Below, piece after piece: positions 44,423 through 56,192 of a stretch of 64,000 bases of DNA. Below the pieces are notes generated by a model, which was not told where the DNA came from, did no database searches, and saw only the letters and a program-made list of their open reading frames with translations. Both the position numbers and the translations under genes were made by a program. The first letter of the stretch is position 1. Every line of letters begins with the position of its first letter. Source of the stretch: an uncultured Methanosarcinaceae archaeon (lineage in GTDB: Archaea > Halobacteriota > Methanosarcinia > Methanosarcinales > Methanosarcinaceae); contig CAVRJG010000053.1 in NCBI GenBank assembly GCA_963721455.1, positions 171,001-235,000 of the forward strand, in the 5' to 3' direction.

Positions 44423-46213
44423 TTAAAGCACCCTTATATTATAATCCGGATTCTTTCCGGTTTTGTCAATGGTATGAACCGCACATGCCAGACAGGGATC
44501 ATAAGAGCGGGCTGTGTGCAGGATTCCGAGAGGATTGGAATAATCCACTCCAAGTGCATTTTCGGCAGCTGAAATTTTAGTGCCTATGAGAGCCTGCTCA
44601 ACAGGGCTTGGAATTTCCTGTGAATTCCTGGGAGCAAGGTTCCAGGTACTCGGAACCACAGCCTGATAAAGGGTTACCATTGAATCCGGCCCTGTGGCAA
44701 TCCAGTGACCCAGTGCCCCTCGCGGAGCTTCCCATAAGCCCATTCCTGTGGAACTCTTTGCCATGGAAAGATCGGTATGCACCGCAACCTTTCCGCCTGC
44801 CTGAAGATCCTGTGTGAGCCATTTCATGAGTTCTGGAATCACTACAAGAATTTCCTGCATCCTTGCAATCATGCGGGTGTAGTTATTGACTGGATAGTAG
44901 CCGTTATCCTGAAAAGTTTTTACCAATCCCGTAACAAGGGGCTCTCCCATAATCATCATACGAGCAAGGGGGCCGACCTCACACGGAATCCCAGCATAAT
45001 GAGGGGCTTTTGCCCATGAATAGCGGCTCTCCGATCCTTTCGTATAGTCGATCTTTTCAGGGTCCCCTTCTGGAACCGTAACCCCATTCCAGGGAGGACG
45101 GTCTTTTTCCTCGTCAATGTAGAAGGAGTGACTAACGCTTTCTGAAATCTTCCTGTAGTCGAATTTTTCAAGCCTGAAATACCCGTTCATATAACCGGAA
45201 GGCATAACCCTGCTGTCCGCAGGACTTGTGGGATCATATCCATCCCCTTTCTCAGGCTTGAAGAAAACTCCGTAAGAAAGAAAACCGATCTTATCGGGAT
45301 CTTTGTAAGTCCCTGCACGGTCCATTTTCATACTGATAGGCAGACCAAGAAGTTTTTCTCCTATCAGCTCCGAGCCGAAAGCCGCAAAGAGCGGGACGTC
45401 TCCCCAGCCTGCAGAGTGTGAGAAATCCTTGCTGGTAAGGGATTTATTCAGAAGTTCCTGCAGGTGTCCAATGACGAAATTAACAGCCTTTTGTGGGGAA
45501 GAAGCCCTGTAAGTATTTTCAATCCAGGTATTGGGAGAGACCCCAAGAGTAAATGCTTCAATGAATTCCATCGTCTTCGAGACATAACTTACAATTTGCC
45601 CGATATCGGCAACCGTCGGAGAATAAACTACTCCCCCAACATGCTGAAGAACCGGATGAGGCATCTTGCCAGCTATCAAGGAAATGGCGTCGTGCAAGCG
45701 GCGAAATTCCACTATAGCGCCTAGATAGGACGAGCCAGCCGGATAACTGATACCGTTAAGCTGATAAATCAAAGGTGCAAAACGCCCTTGGAGTTCTTTC
45801 CATACTGCATTTCCAACATCCCCGTATTTTGCCAGGATATCACGGTAAGCCGGGTTTGCAAGATCAGGACCCCAGAGTAAGTAGATATGGGCTGCATGGC
45901 TGGCGATGTAATTCAGGCTCTGGTGAACATTTCGCATTAAAAGACCGTTTTTGGGGACCTCACCTGCAACCCCGAAAAGTTCATCGAGGGCATTTGCTGC
46001 AGCTATGCCGTGGCTAACCGGGCAAACTCCACAGATCCTCTGGGACAGAAGTGCCGCATCCCTGGGATCCTGGTGCTCTAGGAGACGTTCAAAACCCCTT
46101 AACTGCAAGCCACTACTCTGGGCGTCAGTAATTACGCCTTCCCCATCGACTTCGGTATTGATTCTGTAATGTCCTTCAATTCTCGTAAGAGGATCAACAG
46201 TAACCTGTACCAT
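44423..46213 (-). CDS. vhxA: [NiFe] hydrogenase large subunit (second operon)
   Basis: [26 protein letters not shown] motifs. Confidence 0.9.
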   Translation of the reverse strand: MVQVTVDPLTRIEGHYRINTEVDGEGVITDAQSSGLQLRGFERLLEHQDPRDAALLSQRICGVCPVSHGIAAANALDELFGVAGEVPKNGLLMRNVHQSLNYIASHAAHIYLLWGPDLANPAYRDILAKYGDVGNAVWKELQGRFAPLIYQLNGISYPAGSSYLGAIVEFRRLHDAISLIAGKMPHPVLQHVGGVVYSPTVADIGQIVSYVSKTMEFIEAFTLGVSPNTWIENTYRASSPQKAVNFVIGHLQELLNKSLTSKDFSHSAGWGDVPLFAAFGSELIGEKLLGLPISMKMDRAGTYKDPDKIGFLSYGVFFKPEKGDGYDPTSPADSRVMPSGYMNGYFRLEKFDYRKISESVSHSFYIDEEKDRPPWNGVTVPEGDPEKIDYTKGSESRYSWAKAPHYAGIPCEVGPLARMMIMGEPLVTGLVKTFQDNGYYPVNNYTRMIARMQEILVVIPELMKWLTQDLQAGGKVAVHTDLSMAKSSTGMGLWEAPRGALGHWIATGPDSMVTLYQAVVPSTWNLAPRNSQEIPSPVEQALIGTKISAAENALGVDYSNPLGILHTARSYDPCLACAVHTIDKTGKNPDYNIRVL

Positions 46214-47442
46214 TATTTTTCACCTCCGGTTTCCTCTGGAGTGCTTTCTTCGGCAAAGCCTTCCTCGTCCTCAGGTCTTTTCATGACAGTTCTCCTGACA
46301 GCATGAGCCCCTGCAGCAAGTAACGCGCCCCCTATTGCCACTCCCGCTATAGTAGTGATATTCGTACCTAAAATTCCTGTTTTTTCAATTTCCACGAAAA
46401 AGGGCCTGGTACTATCTGGGAAGCCCGGCTGAACGCAGCCAATACAGGGAGAGCCTGCCTGAGGGCAGTAATTGAGATGGCCGTTCCAGTTGCGAGTAGC
46501 ACAGTCTGCATGGGTATAAGGCCCCTTACATCCCAGTTTCCAGAGGCACTTAGGTCCACCTACTGTCAGCTCAAATTCTCCACGGTCATAGTATCCGCGA
46601 CGAGAACAGTTATCATGAATAACATGGTCAGGCGGGAAGAAAACCTTTGGACGTTTCCAGTGATCCAGCATATAAGGCAAATCATCAGGTACCTTTATTT
46701 TTCCCAAAACAACTGCGCCTATTGTCAAAAAAACCCAGTCTGGATGAGTAGGGCAACCAGTAAGATTAATTACAGGCTTTTCGATGCCAAGGAGATTTAA
46801 AATCCCCTTTGAGGAATCTTCCATAGTAAAGGCAACCCCACGGGGGTCCATAAGTTCAACTATATCACTCTTAGCAGAGTTCACTCCACCATTAGTCGCA
46901 CAATTCCCAATTGCAACAATTGCCGAGGCATTTTTCGCAGCTTTCGCGTAAATCTCTTTATAGGTCTTGCCTCCCAACATGAGATATTTCCCGGAACCTT
47001 GAGGTCCGTTCGCAACTGCTCCTTCGGAAACTAGAACGTAACCATTTTCCCTTTCCAAGATCTCATCCAGCAGAATCTCGGAGTTAAGCTCACTAGTATT
47101 TGCAAGCTTTCCATCTACGAAAATTCCTTGCTGCATCATTAAAACTTCATGATAGAGAAGTTTGAGATTATACTCCTGAAGGAATTCGATGATATCAGGA
47201 GATCCTCCGTCCAGCATTGATATGGTACAGCCACTATCCATTACTCCGTGAAGCCATACTACTTTAGTTTCCGAAAATTCAAGGGCTTTTGCCAGATCGC
47301 TTTTATATGTTTGTAAAAACAGTGAAGCTCCCAGTACCCCAACAGCCTTTATAAAAGTCCGTCGATCCATCTTCATAAAATCGAGATTTTTAAACTTTTC
47401 AAGTAAGCCGTCATCAATCGTCCCAGTTCCCCCTGATCGCAA
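46213..47442 (-). CDS. vhxG: [NiFe] hydrogenase small subunit, Tat signal (start uncertain)
   Basis: DRRTFIK Tat motif, [17 protein letters not shown]-terminal TM anchor. Confidence 0.9.
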   Translation of the reverse strand: MRSGGTGTIDDGLLEKFKNLDFMKMDRRTFIKAVGVLGASLFLQTYKSDLAKALEFSETKVVWLHGVMDSGCTISMLDGGSPDIIEFLQEYNLKLLYHEVLMMQQGIFVDGKLANTSELNSEILLDEILERENGYVLVSEGAVANGPQGSGKYLMLGGKTYKEIYAKAAKNASAIVAIGNCATNGGVNSAKSDIVELMDPRGVAFTMEDSSKGILNLLGIEKPVINLTGCPTHPDWVFLTIGAVVLGKIKVPDDLPYMLDHWKRPKVFFPPDHVIHDNCSRRGYYDRGEFELTVGGPKCLWKLGCKGPYTHADCATRNWNGHLNYCPQAGSPCIGCVQPGFPDSTRPFFVEIEKTGILGTNITTIAGVAIGGALLAAGAHAVRRTVMKRPEDEEGFAEESTPEETGGEK

Positions 47443-47724
47443 ATACTTCTATATACAGACATATATAAGATTGAGCCCAATATATTAAAAGACTATCATA
47501 AACCCTATCGGTCTGCTTTGCAAATAACCTTTGAGTGCTACAGAAACAGGCATTGTCAGATATGCAGCTTTCTTTAGAGATACAATGAAAGTTTATTATT
47601 AACGCCCAAATCTAACTAATTTTTAAATAAATATGTGTTCTATAAAAATTGATATATTTTGACACCCTTCTTTATTTATCGAAATTTTAAGGCTATAGCA
47701 TGTTAATAGTGAAGGCTTTATATT

Positions 47725-48696
47725 TTGAGGAAAGAAAACTATGCAGCAAAATATGGGGTACAAAGTATGACTATTGGGGACGATCACGATTTAGAATCGC
47801 CGAGATTTGCAGGCGATGAGGTTTTGGAGGCTTGCTATGACAATGAAAGATTCCTTCGCAGAGGCGATAGTGGATCTGCAGTAGAGAAAGTTCAACAGGC
47901 TCTGATGGATGCGGGATTTCCTTTGCCAAGAGGTGGAGCTGATAGCTTTTTCGGGGAAGAAACTGAGTCAGCTGTCAAAAACTACCAGCGAGCACGCGGA
48001 CTGAGTGCTGATGGTGTAATAGGGCCGATTACTATAGGGAATCTGGACGCAGAATTCTCCACAGGAGTAACAGAGCCTTCAGTTCCACCATCACCGGAAC
48101 CACAAGTATCGAAGGTTCCAACTCCACTAAACCCGGAATCTCCGGTTCGACCAGCACGGGCATCTCCTGTTGAGCCACAAAGGGCACCACCGGTTCCAGA
48201 AGTACATGCACCGCCGGTTCCAAAAGTACACGCACCTCCAGTTCCAGAAGTACACGCACCTCCAGTTCCAATTCCACCGGTATCGGAACCTCCAATTTTA
48301 GCAACACAGACAGTTCCGCCTGAACAAACACCGGTTCATGTAACTAAGCCCATAACTCCACCTGTGACTACACCACCCAAGTCGATTGATAGTCAAGGGC
48401 GCAAATTTCATTCCGCTGGGACATGGAGAGGGAATAGCTCCTTCGAAGTCCAGGCTGGAAAATCAATACGTTTTGAAATAAGTAATCCTAATGTCAGTGA
48501 ATCAAGCATCCGGATAAAGACAAATACAAGGGAAGTCAGAGAATCTGTACTTCTGCCTGAATATATTGTCGATTTTGAATTCTCTATAAGAGGTGAAGGG
48601 CCTTTTACCTGGAAATTTGATATTGAAACAGGCAGCGAGGAATCTTTGTTTAATTGGAAACTTTATAGCAACTGGGTGCCGGGAAAATCCGAGTAA
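47725..48696 (+). CDS. Peptidoglycan-binding domain protein with Pro-rich linker
   Basis: LRRGDSGSAVEKVQQAL...FGEETESAVKNYQRARGLSADGVIGPIT (PG_binding_1-like), PPVPEVHA repeats, C-terminal beta-rich domain. Confidence 0.85.
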   Translation: MRKENYAAKYGVQSMTIGDDHDLESPRFAGDEVLEACYDNERFLRRGDSGSAVEKVQQALMDAGFPLPRGGADSFFGEETESAVKNYQRARGLSADGVIGPITIGNLDAEFSTGVTEPSVPPSPEPQVSKVPTPLNPESPVRPARASPVEPQRAPPVPEVHAPPVPKVHAPPVPEVHAPPVPIPPVSEPPILATQTVPPEQTPVHVTKPITPPVTTPPKSIDSQGRKFHSAGTWRGNSSFEVQAGKSIRFEISNPNVSESSIRIKTNTREVRESVLLPEYIVDFEFSIRGEGPFTWKFDIETGSEESLFNWKLYSNWVPGKSE

Positions 48697-48799
48697 CCAG
48701 TAAATCAGGACGAGAATTGCAAAGGAATAGCTAAGATATTAAAAGGAAAACGTAAGATAATAAAAGAAAAGATCGGACGATAAAAAGAAAAAAATAAGA

Positions 48800-49285
48800 T
48801 TAAATTGGGGAAGAGATTTCTTCCCTTATGAGTTTTATAGCTTTTTCCACACCCTCTAGGACTTCAGGACTTATTTCCTGCGTAGCTTCAGTGACTATTG
48901 TTCCTATTTCGATTCCAATTACCACAATTTCCGGGAGGGTTTGGATCTCTTCTCCAATCCTTAATACATCTGTAATTGTGAGATCGTGAGCAGAGACAAG
49001 GTTTAGGGGTTCAGCAAATTTTATCAGGTCCTTACCTTCTATGCGGTGCACGGAACCTGGCGGGCTGTCTGCCAGAACTGCATCTACTATAATGACCTTC
49101 CTGGCGCCATCAAGAAGATTTAAAAGATCAAGCCCGCAGACCCCTGCGTCCTCGATATCAAGATCTTTGAGGTCTTTAAGTTCGGTTTTGTGAAGAGCCT
49201 CAAGGACTTTGAGGCCAACACCATCGTTTCCCATTAACGGGCTTCCGCATCCCAGGATACGGACAGGAGCATGTAATATAGACAT
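48800..49285 (-). CDS. vhtD: Hydrogenase maturation protease
   Basis: GCGSPLMGNDGVG, IIVDAV, SAHD motifs. Confidence 0.92.
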   Translation of the reverse strand: MSILHAPVRILGCGSPLMGNDGVGLKVLEALHKTELKDLKDLDIEDAGVCGLDLLNLLDGARKVIIVDAVLADSPPGSVHRIEGKDLIKFAEPLNLVSAHDLTITDVLRIGEEIQTLPEIVVIGIEIGTIVTEATQEISPEVLEGVEKAIKLIREEISSPI

Positions 49286-49379
49286 ATTCTCACCTAATTA
49301 AAAAGCGTATAGATTTTTTGAACATGCCTATACTACCTTTTCCAGTTAAGATTTTTCTTTAATAATTTTTTAGTAGTTT

Positions 49380-50156
49380 TTAGTGCTTGCCTTTCTTACT
49401 ATCAAACCTTGAATATTTCTCTACAAACTCTGAATAGTGAGTGTCTGAGAGGTCTTCCTTTCCAGTCACGAAGATAGCTTTGTAGTACTTCCAGACATGA
49501 GGGTCAAACTCCAGAATACCGACATGTACTACCAGTTCAAAGATAAACCAGTAGGTCATCAGCAGGTGAAGAACCCTGAAGAACTGCAGGGAAGTCATGT
49601 CGAATACAGGTGCAATAAGGGCTCCTGCAGACAGGATCCACGAGCCTATAGGAAGACCGAAAAGCGACCAGTCAAGCTTGTAAAGGACAATGCCTGAAAT
49701 CGCAATAAGGACGAGGGCTAAACCTTCAAGCGGAATCAGGATCTTCATTAAGGGGTGAAGTTTAGTCTCGTAGTGACCTTTTTCTTCATCATAGATAGTA
49801 AACGCCGGGTATTTTTTGCCTTTGCTGAAGAAATTACCAATTATACCGCCCAGACGCGCTGCATCTTTAGGACCAAAAATATAATGGTTTATGAAGTGGG
49901 TTATTTTTCCCGTAAACCCGTGACCTTCGGAGAAGATGTTGTAAGGGATAAGGATCCAGTTCACTGCAAGCAGGAACGGAACCGCTATCATGTGGAGAGC
50001 GCGGGCGTTATGGAAACTCATAAAGTCCCATCCCGCGTATATCTTTAACCCTGTGATGATGAGCACCAGCATCGCTATGGCATGGACGGTATGAGCTATC
50101 CTGTCAGTAACGGTATAGCGCTCAACAACCATTGTAGGGTTGTCCTTAGCTTTCAT
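49380..50156 (-). CDS. vhtC: Methanophenazine hydrogenase cytochrome b subunit
   Basis: Paralogue of vhxC; operon context. Confidence 0.9.
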   Translation of the reverse strand: MKAKDNPTMVVERYTVTDRIAHTVHAIAMLVLIITGLKIYAGWDFMSFHNARALHMIAVPFLLAVNWILIPYNIFSEGHGFTGKITHFINHYIFGPKDAARLGGIIGNFFSKGKKYPAFTIYDEEKGHYETKLHPLMKILIPLEGLALVLIAISGIVLYKLDWSLFGLPIGSWILSAGALIAPVFDMTSLQFFRVLHLLMTYWFIFELVVHVGILEFDPHVWKYYKAIFVTGKEDLSDTHYSEFVEKYSRFDSKKGKH

Positions 50157-50181
50157 TATAGGTCATCTCCTTGTACTATAC

Positions 50182-51957
50182 TTATACTATTCTTAGAGTA
50201 TTTGGAGCGTTTTTCCCGGTCAGGTCAATGGTGTGGACTGCACAGGAAATGCAAGGATCATAGGACCTACCCATATGGAAGATGCCAAATGGATTGGTAT
50301 AATCGACAGCTCCGACTGTGTTAATTTTTGAACCAATGAGAGACTGTTCGAGCGGACCAGGGATGCCATTGCTGTCTCTTGGGGACATTAACCAGGTACC
50401 CGGAACTATGGCCTGATAGTTGGCAACCTTTCCGTTGCTATCAGTGGAGATCCAGTGACCAAGGGCTCCACGAGGTGCTTCCCACAGGCCCATACCCTGG
50501 GAGTTCTTAGCCTTTTCAAAGTTCAGAGGCACGGAAATCTTGCCGCCTGGCTGATAGTCAACTGTTACCCAGTTAAGAAGTTCATATGCGAGAATTGCCA
50601 TTTCCTGCATACGAGCCAACATTCTGGTGTAGACATTAGCTGCAGAGTAGCCTTTCGCATTGAAGGCCTGAGCTAGGCCGGTTACGAGCGGCTCTTTTAT
50701 ATTTAGCATGCGTGCAAGAGGCCCGACTTCACCTGGAATTCCCTCGTATCTCGGAGCCTTGTCCCAGCTGTACTGGCTATCCGAACCTCCTGTGAAGACA
50801 ATTTTATTTGGATCCGTAAACGGAACGGTTTCACCTTTTGTTGGTGCGAAGTCGTTGGCACTGTTCTGGTAGAAGGAGTGAGCAGTACTCTCCGTAACCT
50901 TGTCCGGATTAAATTCCTGATATTCGAGTTTTCCTGATACCACACCTGAGGTGAAAATACGGTCTCCTGCTGGACTCCTCGGGTCGTATCCGTCTTTGGG
51001 CTTGTAGTATCCACCATATGAAATGAAGCAGATCTTTGAGGGGTCCTTGTACCCACCGATTGTATCATGTTTAAGGCTTGCTGGAAGGCCAAGCAGAGTT
51101 TCGCCTACAAGTTCTGAACCAAAAGCTGCATAGAATTCCACATCTCCCCAACCTGCGTCTTTGGAGAAGTCATTGGAAGCAAGGGATTTGTCAACAAGTC
51201 CCTGGAGGTGTCCCTTCACAAAGCTTACCGCTTTGTCTGGAGAGCTTGCCTTATAAGTATTTTCGATCCAGGTATCGAATGGAACTTTCAGAGTATGTTT
51301 GGATACGAAGTCCATGACCTGCAGATAGTAAGTGGAAAGTTTGGTTATATCTGCGACATTAGCCGGGTAGGTATATCCACCTGGATAAAGGGTTGAAACG
51401 CCAGGCATTCTACCGCCAATAAGTGCAATAGCCTCCTGAAGGCGTTTCTTTTCAGGAATTGCTGCAAGATAGGAACTTCCCACAGGTACAGGCACGCCAT
51501 CCATCTTGTAGCTGATTGGGGCAAACCTTCCAACCATCTCTTTCCAGACTGCGTTTCCGGCGTCTCCCAGTGTTGTAAGGACATTTCTATACGCTGGGTT
51601 TGCAAGGTCAGGGCCAAAGAGGATATATATATGAGTTGCATGGCTTGCAACCATGTTCAGGCCCTGGACAATGTTCCTCATTACAAGAGCATCTTTGGGA
51701 ACTTGATCAGCCACGCCATAAAGATCGTCAAGAGCATTTGTGGCTGTCATTCCATGAGCAATAGGGCAGACACCACAAATTCTCTGGGTAAGAAAAGCTG
51801 CGTCTCTTGGATCCTGGTTCTGCAGAATGCGTTCAAAACCCCTGAACATAAGGGAAGATGACTGGGCATCGGTAATAACACCGTTAGCATCTACTTCAGT
51901 GGATATGCGTTGGTGGCCTTCAATTCTCGTTAAGGGATCAACTGTAACGTTTACCAT
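50182..51957 (-). CDS. vhtA: Methanophenazine hydrogenase large subunit
   Basis: RICGVC and DPCISCAVH motifs. Confidence 0.93.
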   Translation of the reverse strand: MVNVTVDPLTRIEGHQRISTEVDANGVITDAQSSSLMFRGFERILQNQDPRDAAFLTQRICGVCPIAHGMTATNALDDLYGVADQVPKDALVMRNIVQGLNMVASHATHIYILFGPDLANPAYRNVLTTLGDAGNAVWKEMVGRFAPISYKMDGVPVPVGSSYLAAIPEKKRLQEAIALIGGRMPGVSTLYPGGYTYPANVADITKLSTYYLQVMDFVSKHTLKVPFDTWIENTYKASSPDKAVSFVKGHLQGLVDKSLASNDFSKDAGWGDVEFYAAFGSELVGETLLGLPASLKHDTIGGYKDPSKICFISYGGYYKPKDGYDPRSPAGDRIFTSGVVSGKLEYQEFNPDKVTESTAHSFYQNSANDFAPTKGETVPFTDPNKIVFTGGSDSQYSWDKAPRYEGIPGEVGPLARMLNIKEPLVTGLAQAFNAKGYSAANVYTRMLARMQEMAILAYELLNWVTVDYQPGGKISVPLNFEKAKNSQGMGLWEAPRGALGHWISTDSNGKVANYQAIVPGTWLMSPRDSNGIPGPLEQSLIGSKINTVGAVDYTNPFGIFHMGRSYDPCISCAVHTIDLTGKNAPNTLRIV

Positions 51958-51964
51958 TTTTCAC

Positions 51965-53119
51965 TCACTCTCCTTTCATTCTCCTTACAGCATGTACGCC
52001 TGCTGCAACTGCAGCTGCTCCGACTGCAACTTTGGCTACTGTGTCAATGTTTGTTCCGGCAATTCCGACATCTTCACGTTCAACATACAGGGGTCTTGAC
52101 GTATCTGGGAAGCCCGGCTCGACACAGGCAATACAGGGGCCGCCTGCCTGAGGACACAGGCTGACTGAGCCGTTCCACCTGCGGATTCCACAGTCTGCAT
52201 GGGCGTAAGGACCTTTGCATCCAAGTTTATAAAGGCACGCTGGCCCGCCAACCTCAGTATCGAGCTCTCCGCGGTCATAGTATCCGCGGCGGGGACAGTT
52301 TTCGTGCACCGTATGGTCTGGAGGGAAGAAGACTTTTGGCCTGCCGTAATCGTCCAGAACAGCCGGAAGATCGTCAGGGACTTTTATCTTTCCAAGAATT
52401 ACCGCGCCCACGGTAAGAAGTATCCAATCAGGATGAGCAGGACAACCCGGAATGTTGATTACGGGCTTATCGATGCCAAGTTCTTTAAGCATGCCTCCTT
52501 TTTTATCCTTTGTAAAGCCTACTCCCATGTAATCCGTGTCCTTGGCAACATCGCTGGCTGCATTGGTAATTCCTCCCCAGGTGGCACAGGCCCCGACTGC
52601 AACGATAGCTACGGCATTCTTTGCAGCCTCTGCAAGGGTTTCCTTGAAAGTCTTGTTTCCAATAACCAGGTAGCGTCCGGAACCATCCGGACCGTTCGGA
52701 ATTGCGCCTTCAATGACCAGGATATACTTACCTTCTTTGTAAAGTTCTTCAAGGAGGATCTCGGAGTTAAGCTCGGAGGTGTTTACAAGCTTACCATCAT
52801 TCCAGATTCCCTGCTGTGCACAAATAGTCTCATGGAAAGCAAGATTGACATTGAGCTTTTGTAGTGCCTGTACAATGTCAGGATTGCCTGCATTTAAGAC
52901 CGATTCGGAGCAGCCAGTGCATTCAGAGCCGTGCAGCCAGATAATCTTGGTCTCTGCAAATTCAATACCCCTTACCAGGTCAGCTTTGTAGGTATTCAAG
53001 AATGTAACTGCACCAAGTGCACCTACAGCTTTCATGAAGGTGCGTCGATCCATTTTTAAAAAGTCCACACTCTCCAGTGTACGGACAAGGTTTGTCATTC
53101 CAGTACTCATCTCTACCAC
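51965..53119 (-). CDS. vhtG: Methanophenazine hydrogenase small subunit
   Basis: DRRTFMK Tat motif, ECTGCSES, GCPAHP. Confidence 0.93.
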   Translation of the reverse strand: MVEMSTGMTNLVRTLESVDFLKMDRRTFMKAVGALGAVTFLNTYKADLVRGIEFAETKIIWLHGSECTGCSESVLNAGNPDIVQALQKLNVNLAFHETICAQQGIWNDGKLVNTSELNSEILLEELYKEGKYILVIEGAIPNGPDGSGRYLVIGNKTFKETLAEAAKNAVAIVAVGACATWGGITNAASDVAKDTDYMGVGFTKDKKGGMLKELGIDKPVINIPGCPAHPDWILLTVGAVILGKIKVPDDLPAVLDDYGRPKVFFPPDHTVHENCPRRGYYDRGELDTEVGGPACLYKLGCKGPYAHADCGIRRWNGSVSLCPQAGGPCIACVEPGFPDTSRPLYVEREDVGIAGTNIDTVAKVAVGAAAVAAGVHAVRRMKGE

Positions 53120-53416
53120 ATCTTAATTTTACCCGAAATTATACATCCGAAAGAAAATATAGAATAAATGTTCACCGAAATTATATAAATGTATACATAA
53201 ATTTACCACTAATGTTTTTCAATGTGGGAATAGTATTTAAGGTTTTTTACACGATCCGATAAATATATTAATTGGCTGGATTGAAGGCTATATAATAGAA
53301 GGAAATATATAATGAGCTCTCTAAATTAATAATGTATTTTAATGTACGAAATTGAGCAATGTTGTACATATATAGTGAATTGATGAGCTTGGAAGGAGAA
53401 AAAAGAGTTAAAAGAA

Positions 53417-53456
53417 TCAAGTTAATTTCGAAAGTTTCAAGTTAATTTCGAAAGTT
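53417..53456. repeat. Perfect 20-bp direct repeat x2 in the vht/hyp divergent promoter region
   Basis: tcaagttaatttcgaaagtt x2 with palindromic tttcgaaa core. Confidence 0.85.
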
Positions 53457-54364
53457 AACAGCTCCCGGTAAAGTATGAATTTATACTTAGAAATTTGCTT
53501 GTATTATGAGAAAACGCATAAAAATAAGATGAAATGCAGAAAGGTTTTGGAAAGCAAAGACAGAATCGTTTGCTTGGAAGGGATAATTCAGTCGATTTGA
53601 TTCATTTTAACCGGACTTTATTTTCGCCATAACAGGTCGCTGCATCTCTATCAGCCCCTGTTTGCAACCTCTAGCAGCCCATATATTCTGCCTTTGCTAA
53701 AAAGCGGACATTTTAGTCCTGTATTTTCTCTGTTAACTCCTTTCGCAATGCTTTTGGAGAGAGTTTAAGAAAAAACTCAAACCAAAAAGAAGTGTTAAAA
53801 AGCTTATTTTTTTGCGTGAAGATATTGAATAAATAATACTTACGTACAAATTGTTTCATACATTTTAAAATTTAGATAACTCAGATTCAGATAGAGGAAT
53901 TTCAGGACATTTTCTACAACACCTCTAAAGTAAATTCTAAATTAAGCCAGGAAACATCTTTAAATTATACAAGCGAAATGAAAAAACAAAAAGAATATAA
54001 AATAGAACCATAGAATTGCGAAAAACAATTTTTGCCAATATATTTATTTCAAAACGTAGAATCCGGTTCTTGCTCATGATACCTCCATTTTTCTGTTTGC
54101 GGCAAGTGGAGAAAGAAAAAAAAGAGTAGTTAAAAGAGCAGTCGAAAAATAAAAACAGGCAAGGGGATGAAGGCTGTTTAACCGGTTAAGGAAGTAAAAC
54201 TGGAGAGTTCTTTTGCTCGGTTGAGACCTGTAAATATATATACCGCACAAATATATATCTCTTGTAAAATAATTCCTGTAAAAAACCTAATACGGAAATT
54301 GGTCTCACGAAAAGTTAATCCTCATAAATTAATAAGATTTCGAAAGAAAACAGTTAGAGGTAAT

Positions 54365-54625
54365 ATGTGTATAGCTATTCCTGGAAAAATAAAATCCATC
54401 GTAAATGAGAACACTGCGACGATCGATATGGGTGGAATCTGCAGAGACGTGAACATGGACCTTATGGGAGGCGCCAATGAATCCATGATAGGAAAACACT
54501 TCCTTGTCCATGTTGGATACGCAATAGCTGAAATATCGGAAGAAGAAAGTGAAGAAACAATGCACCTTCTCAGACAGATCGCGGGACTCGAAGACATAGA
54601 TACCTTCGAAAATGAATCTCCCTGA
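54365..54625 (+). CDS. hypC: Hydrogenase chaperone HypC
   Basis: MCIAIPGKI and LVHVGYA motifs. Confidence 0.95.
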   Translation: MCIAIPGKIKSIVNENTATIDMGGICRDVNMDLMGGANESMIGKHFLVHVGYAIAEISEEESEETMHLLRQIAGLEDIDTFENESP

Positions 54626-54643
54626 AAGCGGACGCTGATAAAA

Positions 54644-55762
54644 ATGGAAAACGGCAATTCTCCTTCAAAGCCAGCGGTTCCTGAACTTGAAAAAAAGCTC
54701 CTGGAAAGAATTAGAGGCTCGAAGATACCGCTTCGCATAATGCATGTCTGTGGAACGCACGAGCGGACCATAGCAAAATATGGACTAAGAAGTGTACTTC
54801 CGGAAAATATCGAGGTAATAAGCGGTCCCGGATGCCCTGTTTGCGTTACTCCTGAAGAAGATGTTAATATTGCAATCGCCCTTGCGAAAAGTGGAGCTAC
54901 TGTAGTCACTTTCGGAGACATGATGCGGGTTCCGGGTTCGGCAGAAAGTTTGCTGGATGCAAAGTCTGAAGGGGCAAACGTAAGGATGGTCTATAGCATT
55001 GACGATGCAATTGCCCTTGCGGAAAAGAAGCCAGAACTCGAAGTAGTCTTTTTTGGAATAGGCTTTGAGACCACGGTTCCTGCAAACGCGGCTGCTCTTT
55101 TAAGAAATACACCCGAAAACTTCAGCCTCCTGGCCTCCCAGAAGCAAACTCCTCCTGCAATCGAGCTCCTTGCCAGGGATGCAGACGTTGATGCCTTTAT
55201 AGCTCCCGGGCATGTGGCAACCATAATAGGCACAAAACCTTTTGAACCCCTTGCAGAAAAAGGCTTTCCTGTTGTCGTAAGCGGGTTTGAGGCCAGGGAT
55301 ATTCTCCTTGGAATAAACCTTTTACAGGCGCAGGCAGAGGAAGGAATCTCAAGAGTAGACAATGGCTACCCGAGAGCTGTAAAACCGGAGGGGAACCAGA
55401 TTGCTCTTAAAATAATGGAGACAGTGTTCGAAACTTCGGATTCTGAGTGGAGAGGCATCGGAAAAATAGAAAATTCAGGGCTTGCGCTCAGGAAAGAGTT
55501 TGAGGGAAAAGACGCAGCAACGAAGCACGAAGATCTATATGCCTCTGCTCTCGAGGATGTCCGAAAGAAAGCCGGGAGAAAAGACAAAAATCGCTGCATC
55601 TGCGCAGCCATCCTTACAGGAAAAGCAAAGCCTTCCCAATGCCCGAATTTCGGGAAGGACTGCACCCCGAGAAGTCCTGCAGGCCCCTGTATGGTAAGCC
55701 AGGAAGGCATGTGTTACAACTGGTTCAGGTACTCAAGAGAAGGAGGCAACAGGCGTGCATGA
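54644..55762 (+). CDS. hypD: Hydrogenase maturation factor HypD
   Basis: MHVCGTH, GPGCPVC, GFETT, PGHV, GPCMVSQEGMC motifs. Confidence 0.96.
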   Translation: MENGNSPSKPAVPELEKKLLERIRGSKIPLRIMHVCGTHERTIAKYGLRSVLPENIEVISGPGCPVCVTPEEDVNIAIALAKSGATVVTFGDMMRVPGSAESLLDAKSEGANVRMVYSIDDAIALAEKKPELEVVFFGIGFETTVPANAAALLRNTPENFSLLASQKQTPPAIELLARDADVDAFIAPGHVATIIGTKPFEPLAEKGFPVVVSGFEARDILLGINLLQAQAEEGISRVDNGYPRAVKPEGNQIALKIMETVFETSDSEWRGIGKIENSGLALRKEFEGKDAATKHEDLYASALEDVRKKAGRKDKNRCICAAILTGKAKPSQCPNFGKDCTPRSPAGPCMVSQEGMCYNWFRYSREGGNRRA

Positions 55763-56157
55763 ATTATCCATTGCGTATGAAATTTTAGACCAGGTAATAG
55801 CCACTGCCACGGCCCATGGAGCCTCGGAAGTTAAGCACGTGACCCTTCAGATGGGAAGATTAAGTCATACAAATCCGGAACAACTTAGCTTCTGTTTCAA
55901 GGTCATTGCAGAGGACAGTATTGCCAAAGATGCGGATTTTGTTGTAGAAATGATGCCCCCCGTCCCTTGAATGCGAGTGCGGATACACGGGAACCGTGGA
56001 CGAAAAACAGATACGAGAAAGTAGTGAACTCAAAAGCGAGCTCCTTGCTTATGTAGCTGCTATGAAATGCCCTATCTGCGGAGAGCAGGCCCGTATCACG
56101 GGCGGCAGAGAACTGATCATTAAAAGCATAGAGATTGAAACGGAAAACGAAAATTGA
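55755..56157 (+). pseudogene. hypA: HypA nickel chaperone, frameshifted in a C6 run (55956-55961)
   Basis: MHELSIA start. Removing one C gives ...PPSLECECG...CPICG...GGRELIIKSIEIE. Confidence 0.9.
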
Positions 56158-56192
56158 ATCGCAGATAGTAAAATAAGAAGTAATTCCCCCGA

